Source: an uncultured Gammaproteobacteria bacterium
GTDB lineage: Bacteria > Pseudomonadota > Gammaproteobacteria > JACCXJ01
Direction of reading: 5' to 3'
Length of the DNA: 64,000 nucleotides
Assembly: GCA_963764725.1 (NCBI GenBank)
Contig: CAVXTM010000001.1
Coordinates: 384,001-448,000 of the forward strand
The position numbers and the translations under genes are program-made. Positions 44,807 to 56,791 of the stretch are shown in pieces. The stretch's first letter is position 1; each line of letters begins with the position of its first letter. The notes beneath the pieces were generated by a model. It saw nothing but the letters and a program-made list of their open reading frames with translations. It ran no database searches and was not told where the DNA came from.

Positions 44807-46483
44807 CTAAAGCGTTTTCAGATATTCCAGCAGCTCCCATTTCTGGCTGTCACTGAGGGTCACGCCATAGTCATGGCCGGAATTACTGTTACCCGGCAAC
44901 CGTGTATTTAAACTTGAACCGCCCGTCTCCGGCCCGCTCTCGAAGCCGACGTGCAGCGGGTCAAACTCGTAGCTGCCCACATAGAACACCTGGTCTCGCC
45001 GCGCGCTGGGTTGCAAGAGCTGCCACAAGCTCGGCACCGATCCGTTGTGTAGATAAGGAGCCGTCGCCCAGATGCCATTGAGCGGTCGCGCTTTATAAGA
45101 GAGGGGATCGAAGGGAGTGGCGTTTCTTACCTTTAAATATTCGTTAAATCCGGCACCGATCGCTTGCAGGGGCCGCCCAAGAGCGACCCCGGCTGCGATG
45201 ACGGGTCCTAGTTTGGTGCCCGGCGCCACCGGTCCCAAGCGGTCGCCGATCAGGATCATTTCGCGTGTGCCTTGCAAGACACCGGTCTTGGCGGTACGCC
45301 GGAACGCGTTGGTAGCCATCGCCGGGTCTGTACCCACGTCCGCGAGGCGGGTCATGACCGCGTTGACTCTCCGTTTGCGGTCCGTCCGTTCGATGGGCGC
45401 GTGGCAGCTAACGCAGTATTGCTGGTAATGCAGCTTGCCGCGCTTGGCTTTGTCCGCATCGATCGGCGTCAGCAAAGCCACAGGCCATTGCGGCGACCAC
45501 AGATCCTGTAACCAACCTTCGAGCTTTCCTAGATTCTTGACTTTGATCGACGATTTGAACCCCTTGGGCAATGGCGAGCCGGTCACCGTAACGTTGCCGA
45601 AGACCCCCAGTACTTCTCCGATATTGCGCAACAGGGAACCGACGCCGGCGTTGGGAGCGCTGCCGTTCCATTGCACGACATCGTGTTGCGGCGTATCCCA
45701 GATGAATGGGTAAGACACCGGCGCGCCCGGGGATATCTTGTTTTCCGGTATGCCCAAGTCGCGCACGAACGCTTCGTTGAATATATTCCCGATAGCGTCG
45801 ACACGACCGTGTCCAGGGGGGCTGGGCGGCAGGTTGAGGGTGACGCGATCGGCTAACGCCTCGATCCGGGCATTTAGGCTGCGGCGAAGCTCCGCGATCG
45901 CTTGCTGCGACCCTCCGGCGACTGGCGCGGCGAAGCGCTGAAACTTTGCCTGGTCACTGGCGGTGGCGCGGAGCGCGGCCACGAGATCATCCAGGAGCGC
46001 GGTGAAATCGCCGAGGGTCGGCCCCCCATCCACACGTATGATTTTACCGCGGTACTTGACTTGCCCCGTATGACAGGCGGCGCATGTCGGCCCCATCCAA
46101 TCTTCCCCGGTCGCCGGATCGCGCGTTTTAGCGAACCCTATCGGCAAGCCGTCGGGATTATATTTCGACGGCGTTTCGGGAAGGTAGCCTAAGCGCTCGA
46201 TATTTTCATTTGCGCGGAATGCTGACGGACTCCCTGCCTGCTCCAACGCCAAGAACCAGCTATAGGGCAGGATCTGACTCCCTTGATCGGTGAACCAGAA
46301 GCGCTGCTGTGTATCGGCGCTCCAGCCTTGATCGAGGGTGACGATCGAGCCAGCAGCCGGCCCACCGGCGGTGGCCTGCCCTTCGGCGGGGTAGTCATCG
46401 CCCTTGATTCCACTGCTGCATCCTACGGCGAAACCGCCCGCTAAAATTGCAAGAGATTTTAAGACGTGGAGATAACAGCGCAT
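44807..46483 (-). CDS. Di-heme cytochrome c lipoprotein (RoxA/di-heme peroxidase-like)
   Basis: Lipobox AVGC; CAACH and CVSCH; YKARPLNGIWATAPYLHNGSVP. Confidence 0.88.
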   Translation of the reverse strand: MRCYLHVLKSLAILAGGFAVGCSSGIKGDDYPAEGQATAGGPAAGSIVTLDQGWSADTQQRFWFTDQGSQILPYSWFLALEQAGSPSAFRANENIERLGYLPETPSKYNPDGLPIGFAKTRDPATGEDWMGPTCAACHTGQVKYRGKIIRVDGGPTLGDFTALLDDLVAALRATASDQAKFQRFAAPVAGGSQQAIAELRRSLNARIEALADRVTLNLPPSPPGHGRVDAIGNIFNEAFVRDLGIPENKISPGAPVSYPFIWDTPQHDVVQWNGSAPNAGVGSLLRNIGEVLGVFGNVTVTGSPLPKGFKSSIKVKNLGKLEGWLQDLWSPQWPVALLTPIDADKAKRGKLHYQQYCVSCHAPIERTDRKRRVNAVMTRLADVGTDPAMATNAFRRTAKTGVLQGTREMILIGDRLGPVAPGTKLGPVIAAGVALGRPLQAIGAGFNEYLKVRNATPFDPLSYKARPLNGIWATAPYLHNGSVPSLWQLLQPSARRDQVFYVGSYEFDPLHVGFESGPETGGSSLNTRLPGNSNSGHDYGVTLSDSQKWELLEYLKTL

Positions 46484-46922
46484 CGATTAGCCCTCCCCTG
46501 CGAAAATTTCCAACGCTTGTTCTTTCGGCTCTGGCCATAGCTCGAACAAGGATCTAACTTATCCCTCTTCCGAGAGGGGCCTTTCAATACAGGCTTCGCA
46601 CTCTCTCCGCGCTGTACAGGCGGAAAAGGCGAAGCCGGTGACGGGTACAATTGTAAGAGCGCTTTATCGGCGAGTAAACGCAGAGCCAATACGCGCTGCT
46701 TCGATTGCTGATCCGGTCTCAGCACGCGAGATACGTCGCGAACTTCTCGGCCGTCGCCCGCGTACTCATCTCGGCGCCTAGCTCTAAATAGCTCGGCGTT
46801 CGGCCATTGCTTGAGCACCGTCCCAGGTTCTCAACGGACGTTAAAGGTTCTCGGCTACCGCCGATACTAACCCGGCCGAATGGAAGTAGGGCTACATTGG
46901 ACGTAGCCAGGAGCTTTATACC

Positions 46923-47195
46923 ATGTCATCACGATCAGGATGGTGCGCGTTACTGTTGTTGGTCATCAGCGCGGCAAGCGCGGAGACACACCCGGAGCCA
47001 GAAATAAGCGTGCCTCGACTGCCGGTGCAGACCGAGGTTCCGCTTGTGGCCAGTCTTACGCCGGTACCAGAGCATGCCCAGAACGCACTTCCGGGCGCTG
47101 GGAAAGCACCGCAAAAGGCAGCCAAAGCCAGGCGTAAGCCTCGCAAGGGGAGGATTGAACCCCCGGCCCCACTATCCAAGCGGCCGCGCCGCTAG
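46923..47195 (+). CDS. Small hypothetical exported protein
   Basis: RBS AGGAG; signal peptide ending ASA; Pro/Lys-rich; upstream of the Rhs gene. Confidence 0.45.
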   Translation: MSSRSGWCALLLLVISAASAETHPEPEISVPRLPVQTEVPLVASLTPVPEHAQNALPGAGKAPQKAAKARRKPRKGRIEPPAPLSKRPRR

Positions 47196-47269
47196 GTTCG
47201 GGCGAGCGAGGCCAGGGCGCCTAGCTCGTCAATTCGTTCACGCTGGTTCTCACCCAAGGAAGGGTCCAC

Positions 47270-50200
47270 ATGCGCAATACTTACCACGTATTTTTAGCAG
47301 TCGTCCTCTCGTTTAGCTCGTATGCCGCAGCGTACGGAGAGGAGATCCGCGATTACTACGCCGAACCGGGTCTCAATCCCTTCAAGGAGACCCTCAATCA
47401 AGATCTCAACGAACACATTGATCCCTTCTCGGGCACCTTGCAGCACAAATACGTCGATATATACATCCCCGGCAACGGCGGTCTGGATCTCAAGGTGAGC
47501 CGCGTGTATACGAGCCCGCAAGAAGCTCTCGGGGTGCGCACCGTCACCGGCGCAGGGTGGACCATGCATTTCGGCCGCGTCGTGATTCCTACGGACTACA
47601 CGGACACGCTCTGCCTGCAAGACCTCTATGCGGTCAGCACCCGCGATAACCCATCGATCGAATTCCCCGACGGCGGCCGCGAGCTCTTGGTCCTCGATGC
47701 AGTGCACGGCACCTATCTCCTCACTAAGGGCGGCTGGCGGGCCATGTGTAACGGCAGCGGTCAGGGGCTCATCGTGACCTCCCCCACGGGCACGGTGTAC
47801 ACCATGGACGCGCTCAACACCCTGAACAACCATTGGAGCTGGTACACGACCAATATTCGTGATCGGCATGGCAACACCATCGACGTCACCTACAAGACCA
47901 ACTCGTCGAACTTTATTTACATCGACACGGTGACTGCAAGTGACGGCCGTCAGGTCAAATTCGAGTACCTCAATGAGGAAAGCGCGACTATCCGGCTCGA
48001 TAAGATTACTGCCAATGAGCAAACGTGGATTTACCGTTACGAACGGATCGAGGCGATCGGTCCCGGGTACGGCAACAATTACCATAACCTCATCGAGGTG
48101 ATCCGTCCCGATGGTTTGCGGTGGCGATATAGTTACTATCCTTATACCTCCCTTGAGACGGCCGGCAACTACGCTCTCAAAACCGTCACCTATCCGTACG
48201 GGGCCAATATTACCTACACGTATCAGCATATCGATTTTACCCCCACCGATCTGTCGATCGATAGGACCACCGCTATCGCCACCAAGGAAGTTTCCAGTAA
48301 TCCACCCGGGATCTCGATGGGCCCCGGCTCGTCCTTACCCAGTGGCACCTGGAGATTCGAGTTCGCGCCCCATTCACCGGAGTTATTCTTTACCGACAAT
48401 GGCACGTGGACTTCCGGACTCGACAAGACCACCGTGAGAATGCCGGGCGGCAAGCAGGTTTACTACCACTATGGGTACTCCTATACCGGGGGGCTGTCGA
48501 GCGGCATCCTGTGGGCGACCGGTCTCCTCTACAAGCAAGAAAGCTGGGACGGCTGCTCGGCCGACAGTTGCGTGGGCGTGGCATCGACATTAGTGGATGA
48601 AGTTACCAACGGCTGGGAACCGCGATTGATCTCCCGCGAGAACTTTTGGCATGGCCGTGAGGGGGTCGAAGAGGACACCTACGCCCCCCAGCTCGCGAGG
48701 AAGGTTCATAGCCGCGATGATTCCGGAAATGAGATCCGCTATGAGCAATACGATGCCTTCGGTAATGCAGGGAGAATCATTGAGAGCTCCAACCTCACTG
48801 GGGATCCCGACAAGGTGACCGAGCTCGGCTACTACATCGATCGCGAGAAATGGATCCTCCATCAAGTCGACGACGAGACCATCCTCGGGGTGAATGGCGA
48901 GGTCGTGAGCCATACCGATCGTAGCTTCAACGAGGACGGCGATCTCATCGCCGCGGATCAGAACGGCGTCCTGACGAGCTATACCTACACTGCCGAGGGG
49001 GATCTCGCCACCGCAACCGACGCGCGCGGGAGTACTACGCGCTATGCGCGCTACCGCCGCGGCAGCGCGCAGATCGAAGAGCATCCCGAGTCAGTCACGC
49101 TTTCGCGCGTCGTCAACGACACCGGCACCGTCGCTTCAGCGATCAACGGCCGGGGATTTACCCGCCACTTCACCTATGACGGCACGAACAGGCTGACTGG
49201 AATCACCTATCCGAACCATGCCCCGGTCAGCATCGTCTGGGACGCGAGCGGCAAGACTCTCACCCGCGGGAGCTACGAGGAGCGCATCGCATTCGATGGC
49301 TTCGGACGGGTGGTCAGCACCACGCGCGCCGACATGGCGCGCGATATTAGCATCACACAAACGATGAAGTACGACGTCCACGGCAACAAGATCTTCGAGT
49401 CCTATCCAAACTCCGAAGCCGGGGTGAGTTATGCCTATGACCTTCTCAAGCGCCTCACCACCCTGCGGCACCCCGACGGAGCCCTACGGAGCTACGTCTA
49501 CGGGGGCGGTGAGGTAGCGGAAACCGACGAGCGGGGCAATACGACGAATTACCTCTACCGCAGCTTTGGCGATCCGGACAAGGACAAAGTCCTTGTCATG
49601 ATTACCGAGCCGAATGGGATCTACACGATCCTCGACTTCAACCTACTCAACCTCCTGACGAGCGTGTTCCAGGGCGACCTTACCCCCACGGGATCGCTCT
49701 CCGGCTTTACGCGTCGGCTGAGCTATGACAGCCGCTATTTCCTCACCTCGGTCTCAGATCCCGAGACCGGAGTGACGAGTTACGGACGCGACGAGGTGGG
49801 CAACATGATCGCGCGGCAGGTGGGAAGCTCGGGGGTGACGGCCTACACTTACGATGCTCTCAACCGCCAGGTGTTCAGCGACTATCCGGGCACCACCCCC
49901 GATGTGACCAAGAGCTACGATGCCGATGGACATCTCACCAAGCTCACCAACAGCCAAGCCGTGATTGACCACCGTTATGACGAAAACGACAACCTCATCG
50001 AAAAGGTACTGACGCTCGACGGCGTCCCCTATGCGCTCAACTTCACCTATAACGCGCTCGACGGTCTCGCAACGCTTACCTACCCCTCGGGGCGGGTGGT
50101 CAACTACCTCCCGGATGCCTTCGGTCGGCCGACTCAGGCCGCGCCTTACGTGAGCGGGGTGAGTTATCATCCTTCCGGCCAACTCGCCCGGATTAACCAC

Positions 50201-52310
50201 GCCAACGGCGAGCGCACTGAGATCACGCTCAACGAGCGGCAGTGGATTTCCGAGTTTCTGCACCACGGACTTGCGGAGCTCCATTATGGTTACGATGCGC
50301 TCGGCAACGTGCTCGGCCTGACCGATCCCTTGAACCCCGCCGAAGACCGCGCCTTCGGTTACGATGCGCTCAATCGGCTGACGAGCGCCCAGGGCCGGTG
50401 GGGTCAAGGAACCTTGAGCTATGACGCCTTGGGCAATCTGCGCTCGCTGAACCTGGGTGCGAACACCGAGCGCTACGACTACAACGGCCTGCGGCTCAGG
50501 ACGCGCATCCATAACGAGACCACTAGCTCCTGGTACACCCATGATGTCTATGGCAACGTCCGGCTGGACGTGGATGTGCTCGGTTTAAGCTCAAATGCTC
50601 CGCAGTACCGAGGGCGGCAGTATACCTACGATGATGCGGGAAACTTGCGCAATGTGCTCCGAACGGAGAACATCGGGAGCAATCCGGTGTCCTCGCAGTA
50701 CTACTTCGACTACGATGCTTTGGGGCAGCAGATCCGGCGCACCGCTCCCAACGGGGAGATCATCCACTTCGTCTATGGGCGCACCGGGCAGTTGCTCGGT
50801 GAGTACAGCGGCTCGCTCGGTTACGGCAAAGAATATGTCTACCTCGGCAGCCAGTTGGTCGGGAGCGCCCAAACCAACCAACCTCCCGAGGCCCAGGCCG
50901 GAGCGGACCGGAGCGTCAACGGCGGGGCGTCCGTGCAACTCGATGGCCGGGGCTCGACGGATCCCGATGGCGCCATCGCGCGTTACGCCTGGGTGCAGAC
51001 CGAGGGCAGTCCCGTTACCTTGAGCGGGGCAGCTGCAACGGTGAGCTTCAGCGCCCCGGTGCTGGAGAACACCTCGGTGCTCGGCTTCACCCTCACCGTC
51101 ACCGATGACAGCGGCGAGGAGGCACAGGACAGCGTGCGGATCACCGTGCTCGGGAACCCTGCACCCACCGCTGATGCAGGCCCCGATCAGAGCGTGCGGG
51201 GTGCTGCCATTGTCGCTCTCGACGGGACGGCCTCGAACGACGCCGACGGCCACATCGCCCGCTACGCCTGGCGGCAGATCGGCGGCATGCCTGTGACCCT
51301 GAGTGGGGCCGACACCGCGATCCCGAGCTTCACCGCACCGACGCTAGCCGAGGCCCAGGTGCTGAGCTTCGAGTTGACCGTAAGCGACAATCTCGGCGCG
51401 CAGGCCACCGCCGCGGTGCACATCACCGTCCTCGGCAACGAACCCCCGAGCGCCCATGCGGGTGCCGATCAAACGGTGCCGGGTGGCAGTCCGGTAGGGC
51501 TCGATGCCACGGGCTCGACGGATCCCGAGGGGAGCATCATCGCTTACACTTGGTCGCAGACGGGCGGTCCGGCCGTGAGCCTGATTGGCGCAGATACCTC
51601 GACCCCGACCTTTATGGCCCCCCTCTCTGGCAACGACGAGGTGCTCAGCTTCACCCTCACGGTGAGCGACGACATCGGTGCGAGTGGAAGCGATTCGGTG
51701 ACCATCACCGTGCAACGCGTAGCGCTCGGCAATCAACCCCCGAGCGCCGAGGCGGGAGTCGATCAAGAGCTACGCGCCGGGGGTGTTGTAGAGTTGAATG
51801 GCGGGGCCTCCACCGATCCCGAGGGCCAGCCCCTTCGCTATCAGTGGGCCCAACTCGAAGGCCCGCGCGTCCAGCTCGCGGGCGCGAGCACCTCCCGGGC
51901 GCGCTTCACCGCCCCTTATGTCGCGATCGACACGCTCCTCCGCTTTGAGCTGACGGTGACCGACAGCGCAGGGCTCTCGGCCGAGGACACGGTGGACATC
52001 GTGGTGCAACCGAATGTACAGGGCACAGACACGCAAGCACCCATCACCCGGCTCTTCACCACCCCCCTGCGCTTCGGAGGCAGGGTATACTACCCCGTGG
52101 CTTCTCAGCGCCAACGAGCCTGCCACCACCTACCTGCGGGTGAGCGATCCCAACGCGCTCAGCCTGGGGGCGCTCAAGACCACCGAGTGGCAGGTGTATC
52201 GAGGACCCTTCCTCGTCACGCTCACCGCCGCTCGGACCCTTACCGTGGAGTACTACTCCATCGACAGCGCCGGGAATCAGGAATCCATCAAAACAAGGGT
52301 ATTGCAGTGA
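47270..52310 (+). CDS. Secreted Rhs/YD-repeat shell protein with four PKD/Ig repeats and a C-terminal beta-sandwich (frameshift near 52100)
   Basis: Signal peptide; IDPFSG..IPGNGGLDL..GW Rhs N-terminus; many YD repeats to EYVYLGSQLVG; natural C-terminus (TVEYYSIDSAGNQE) lies in ORF 52014-52310. Confidence 0.85.
50876..52015 (+). repeat. Four PKD/K319L-like Ig domain repeats of about 95 aa
   Basis: NxPPxAxAGxDQ...LD..S.DP.G..Y.W.Q..G starting at 50876, 51155, 51437 and 51731. Confidence 0.9.
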
Positions 52311-53259
52311 TGACAACCAAAGGACGGTGTATGCGTTTCCTTATTGCGTGTCTCCTCACACTCCTCGCCCTGCCGGCAGGAGCGATCGAGCGGGTCATCC
52401 ACTACCACAACGACGCCTTGGGCTCCCCCATCGCCGCGACCGATCAAGATGGCCGCGTGGTGTGGCGCAAGTCGTATGGGCCCTATGGCCAGCCTATCGG
52501 CCCGGGGGCCCCGAACGAGCCCGGTTACACCGGCAAGTTCGACGTGCCCGGCCTCGGCATCCAAAACTTCGGGGCCCGCTGGTACGACCCGCGGATCGGC
52601 CGCTTCCTCGCCATCGATCCCGCGGCTTCGATCCCTAGAACCCCCAGAGCTTCAACCGGTACGCGTATGCCAATAACAACCCGTATCGCTTTGTAGACCC
52701 CGACGGCAATAGTCCCCTCGATGTAGGCTTCTTCATCGCCGACACCGTCAGCTTCGGGCTCGCGGTGGCCTCGGGAAACCCGGCCGCCATCCAGTCTGCG
52801 GCCTTCGACTTCGCTGCTAGCGCCGTGGGCCTTGCGAGCCCGATACCGGGAACCGGGCTCGCTATCAAGGCGGCACGGGCGGGGGATAAGATCAGCGACG
52901 CGGCGAAGATAACTAAGGGTGCAGCGAACCCAGTTCCAGAAACGCTTGCTCGTGTTATTCCGGGTCGAGGGCCGTTTCCGACACTTGGCTCGCCAGGGAA
53001 AAGCGATGTGTTCGTTACGGCTGCCGACGATATTGCGGGCTTGAACGCTAAACAAATCGCCGATCGACTGACTATCGCTCCAGCTGACTCCTTCACTGTC
53101 ATCAAGTTTCCAACTCCAGAGAGTGGGTTAGCCAGCCCGGTCAACCGGGTTGGTCCCGGCTTCGTTGGCGGAGGGCGAACAGCTGGCGGCGCTCGCGAGT
53201 TCGTCGTCCCCAACGGACCGATTCCGTCGGGCGCAAGCACTGAGATTATCGGCCCATGA
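52310..53259 (+). pseudogene. Signal-peptide Rhs-core protein with C-terminal toxin (Ntox10-like); frameshift and TAG near 52620-52638
   Basis: MRFLIACLLTLLALPAGA; YHNDALGSP, GYTGK, GARWYDPRIGRF, NRYAYANNNP..DPDG; tip ASPVNR..GFVGGGRTAGGAREF. Confidence 0.8.
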
Positions 53260-53540
53260 AGCTGCAGCCGCAAGAAACCGATCTTGTAGGGACATGGATT
53301 AGCAGCGGACGTGCGGTGCGCGCAGACGAAACTTGTAGGCGTATCGAATGGCTTGTCAAGGAAGTCTTGGAAGAAGTGGCCGTGAGTCCTCAATGGGGCG
53401 CATGGGAGACGCTATTCCGCGATCTCGAAGATGGTCGCTTTTGGGAGCGTACTTACCCTGAAGGGCATATGCACGGCGGTGGCCCCCCGCGACTGACATG
53501 CATCTCGCCGGAAGAGGCTAGAACCAAGTATGCGATATAG
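53256..53540 (+). CDS. Imm27-like immunity protein
   Basis: ATGA overlap with the toxin stop; RIEWL, WETLFRD..DGRFWE, HGGGPPRL. Confidence 0.8.
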   Translation: MKLQPQETDLVGTWISSGRAVRADETCRRIEWLVKEVLEEVAVSPQWGAWETLFRDLEDGRFWERTYPEGHMHGGGPPRLTCISPEEARTKYAI

Positions 53541-53579
53541 TGCGGGAATATATGACCACAGATCCCGTAGCGATCGAGA

Positions 53580-53969
53580 TTGTCAATGTCCAGCCATGCC
53601 GTTGATGACCTTGTTGGCAGGACCTTCTACGCCTCCATTGCGGAGCCTTGGGATTTTGAGTCAGATGCAGGGCAAAACAAGTTGGAGGGCACGATTCAGC
53701 GCGCTCTTTTTGATCGGTATGGGAATGTGCTGTTGCTTTGTCAGGTGGTACCCTTTTTTTTCGCGACAAAGAGAATCGACGAAGTTGTAGCAGTAAACAG
53801 GTATCAGGGTAGCCAAGATGTGCTTGATGCTCTGAGAGCTAAAGGTACCGCAACTTTGAATTTCATGTTCCAGAGATCTGGGGGCGCGTTCCAGGATGGT
53901 AGTATTGAGATTTCATTGAGCGATAGGCGTAGTTGCGGTTTTGTGGTCGGGACGATGCACTTGCCGTAA
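53580..53969 (+). CDS. Hypothetical protein, possible orphan immunity gene
   Basis: Short, lower-GC ORF directly after the immunity gene; no family recognised. Confidence 0.5.
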   Translation: MSMSSHAVDDLVGRTFYASIAEPWDFESDAGQNKLEGTIQRALFDRYGNVLLLCQVVPFFFATKRIDEVVAVNRYQGSQDVLDALRAKGTATLNFMFQRSGGAFQDGSIEISLSDRRSCGFVVGTMHLP

Positions 53970-54097
53970 AGCTGCCAAACGCTTCCTTTGTAAGCTAGCC
54001 TGCGAGGCACGCGAGAACAAATAGGCGTTCAGCGTATGTAGATGTAGGCTTTCTCAGGCACGATACTGAAGGGGTAAGTCAGCCCTCGCCAGCACCG

Positions 54098-54631
54098 GTG
54101 AAACGACAAGAAGAGGAGCGGCCGCGCTTCCCTTCCGCTTATTTCTGGGCGATGGCACGGATTTATGAAGTCTTCCCGCTGCTCTGTCCGCGTTGCGCCG
54201 AAGACGATCATCGCCTTCGTCACCGAGGCGGGCTCGATCAAGCGTATTCTCGAATACCTCGGGCAGCCGACAACTCCGCCCCCCCATTACCCCCGCTCGC
54301 GGCCCGCCGCACTGGGGTCGATGACATCGATCAAACGCCGAAGTACGACGCGGCGCTCGCTCAGCGAGCGCCGGACTATGAGTTTGATCAGACCATCAGC
54401 TCATTTCGTCTCCCGGTCGAGATCCTCGGCCGGCAGAGCTGCCCTCGCCCTAATACACCCGTTTCCGGTCCCTGAGTCACCCCGACGCACCAGGCAATGT
54501 CCTTTCCTGCCGCTAGACGGCCCACACATGGCCTCAATCGCCAGGGTGCGACCTGTCGCGCGACAGTATGTCGCCTTCCCATCCCCATGGGCGTAAGCTA
54601 GAATCTGGGTATGTGGTTGGATTTCCTATCC
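54098..54631 (+). mobile_element. IS91/ISCR-family remnant: transposase C-terminus plus oriIS-like end
   Basis: WA..ARIYEVFPLLCPRC / IIAFVTE..IKRILEYLG..PP..ARGPP across frames; GGTTGGATTTCCTATCC at 54615-54631. Confidence 0.75.
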
Positions 54632-54739
54632 ATTATCCATCGACCTGGAGATGCCCCCACCTCCACGATCAGAGCCGTGGCATCGCCCGAGCCGTCCGCC
54701 ATCGTGGAACACCATCGCTCCACGAATAGCCCAGCTGCC

Positions 54740-56790
54740 ATGAGAACTGCGGCCACCGAAGCTCTCTACGTCCGAAATACCCCGGAGGCCCGCGACCACG
54801 TGCAACGCTGGATGCCGATGGAGGTTGACCAGCTCAAGTCCGAGCCACTGCGGCGCGTCGCCCCGTTTGAGGCGACGCTTCTCGAACGCGGCTTCCCGTT
54901 CCACGAACTTTCGCTGGTCATCAGTGCCGACCGGCGAGCACACGACCCGGTCTACGGCGCCCACCGGTGGTGGGCGCGGCGCCCGCCAGCGCTCCTCAGG
55001 TCCATTTTGCTCACTGCGGCGCTGCCGGCTGACGTGTCGTCCAATGAATTCTGGGCGCTGTATGGGTCGAACGGGGCGCTTGCTCGATGGATGGCGTGTC
55101 CATGATCCCTTCGTCGGGGGTGGCTCGACACTTGTCGAGGCAGCTCGTCTGGGAAGCAGGATATCGGGCGGCGACATCGATCCGTTGGCGGTCGAACATC
55201 GTGCGGTATGAGCTGAACCCTGCGTCGGCAGAACAAATCCGTGCCGCAGGGGAGCAGCTGCTGACCTACGTTCGCTTGCAATGTGGGCACCTCTATCCGT
55301 CATCGGCACGCAGGCAGCCGCTCCATTACTTCTGGCTCCACGAAGTCACTTGCCCCTCCTGTGGCGGGATCGGCCTGTTGTATCGCGATCTCCTGCTCAC
55401 ACGAGATCGGCAGAAGCCAGGCGCCGTGGTTCGCGATCACCCTCTCACCGTCTTCTGCCCGAGTGACCTAAGCATCCATCATCTCAACAGCCCGGATCGT
55501 CGGGAGCTTCGACATCGCGGTCGTCGATGGCCGATTGCCCGCGGCACGTTCAGCCGCAACAGATACACCTGCCCTCACTGCGGCAAAACTTCGACTCACA
55601 AGGAACTACTCACGGGTAGCGCACCACGCCGCTTGATTGCTGTGGAGGACACTGCACCAGGGCAACGCCGAACCCTGCGCAAGCCATCACGCGAGGACAT
55701 AGCGGCGATGGCCCGCGCAGCCGTGTGGCTGAGCGAACACCGCAACACATTGGCGCTCCCGACCGCAGTACTGTCGAAGGAGCGTCACGACGAGCGGCCT
55801 CGGAGCTTCGGGATGCTCCACTCGACGGACCTGTTCACCGACCGGCAGCTGACGGTCTTTGGCTCTGCGTTTCGATGGCTTGGTACGGCAGACCTTGAAC
55901 CGAACGTGCGGGATGGTCTCCGTCTCGCCGTCTCGAACGCGCTCGCGACGAATAACAAGCTATGCAGCTATGCCTACGATTATGGTCGGCTGTCGGCGCT
56001 CTTCAGCGTGCGCGGCTATTCGCTGCCTGCGCTACCGGTCGAACTGAACCCTCTCCATCCAGACAGCGGTCGTGGCACGCTCCACCACTGCATAGAACGC
56101 GTCGCGCGAAGTGGTCGTGAGAAGGTTCGCCGTCACGTCTGGTCACCGGCCCGTGACTGTGTCTATGCTCGAACCCTTGATTTGCCTACCGGTGTTGCCA
56201 CCGACGATGTCCGCTGTACCTCGGCAACCTCCCCGCCGGCGGCTGGTGCGCCGAGCGCAGACCTTTGCGTCTTCGACCCGCCGTACTTCGACTACATCGC
56301 ATACGAAGAACTATCGGAGTTCTTCCGGGCATGGCTCGAGCCGAAGGCAGTGTCGGGAACGCCTCTCCTGCCCGTCGGGCGCGACCCCGGCGAGTCATTC
56401 GGCCTCGAGCTCGGCGTAGCGCTGCGCGCAGCATTAGCACGCCTCGCACTAGGCCGCCCCCTCGCCTTCACGTATCACTCGACCAACCCCAAGGCCTGGC
56501 GAGCCGTGGGCATCGCAATAGACGAAGCAAAGCTTCGGGTTATGGGCCTGTGGCCCGTGTACAGCGACGGCCACATGGGTCACCACAGCCACCCCGGAAA
56601 CTGCGAGTGGGATTTAGTGGTCGTGTGCCGTCGCGTCAGTGAGACGGTACCAGCAACCGCCACATTCGATACCGACGTCTGGGCCCGGACAGCACAACCG
56701 CTCGCTATCGGTGATGCCGATCGCACCAGCATGAAACTTGCGATTTCCATCGTCAGCTCCCGTTTCGGGACCGCGGCCAAGGAGTTATGA
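54740..56790 (+). CDS. DUF1156/COG1743-type adenine DNA methyltransferase with Zn ribbons (frameshifts near 55085 and 55195; start uncertain)
   Basis: HRWWARRP, motif I DPFVGGGST..GDIDP, CxxC pairs, LFTDRQL, motif IV DPPYFD, FTYH. Confidence 0.85.
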
Positions 56791-56791
56791 C

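Noticed and set aside
46459-46818. 119-aa minus-strand ORF upstream of the di-heme gene
   Set aside because: No motif, RBS or family that I can support.
47270-52696. Single 1808-aa Rhs ORF from the ORF track
   Set aside because: The segment 52100-52310 reads as nonsense in that frame, while the alternative frame gives a natural domain and a stop overlapping a new signal-peptide start. The fusion most likely results from one indel.
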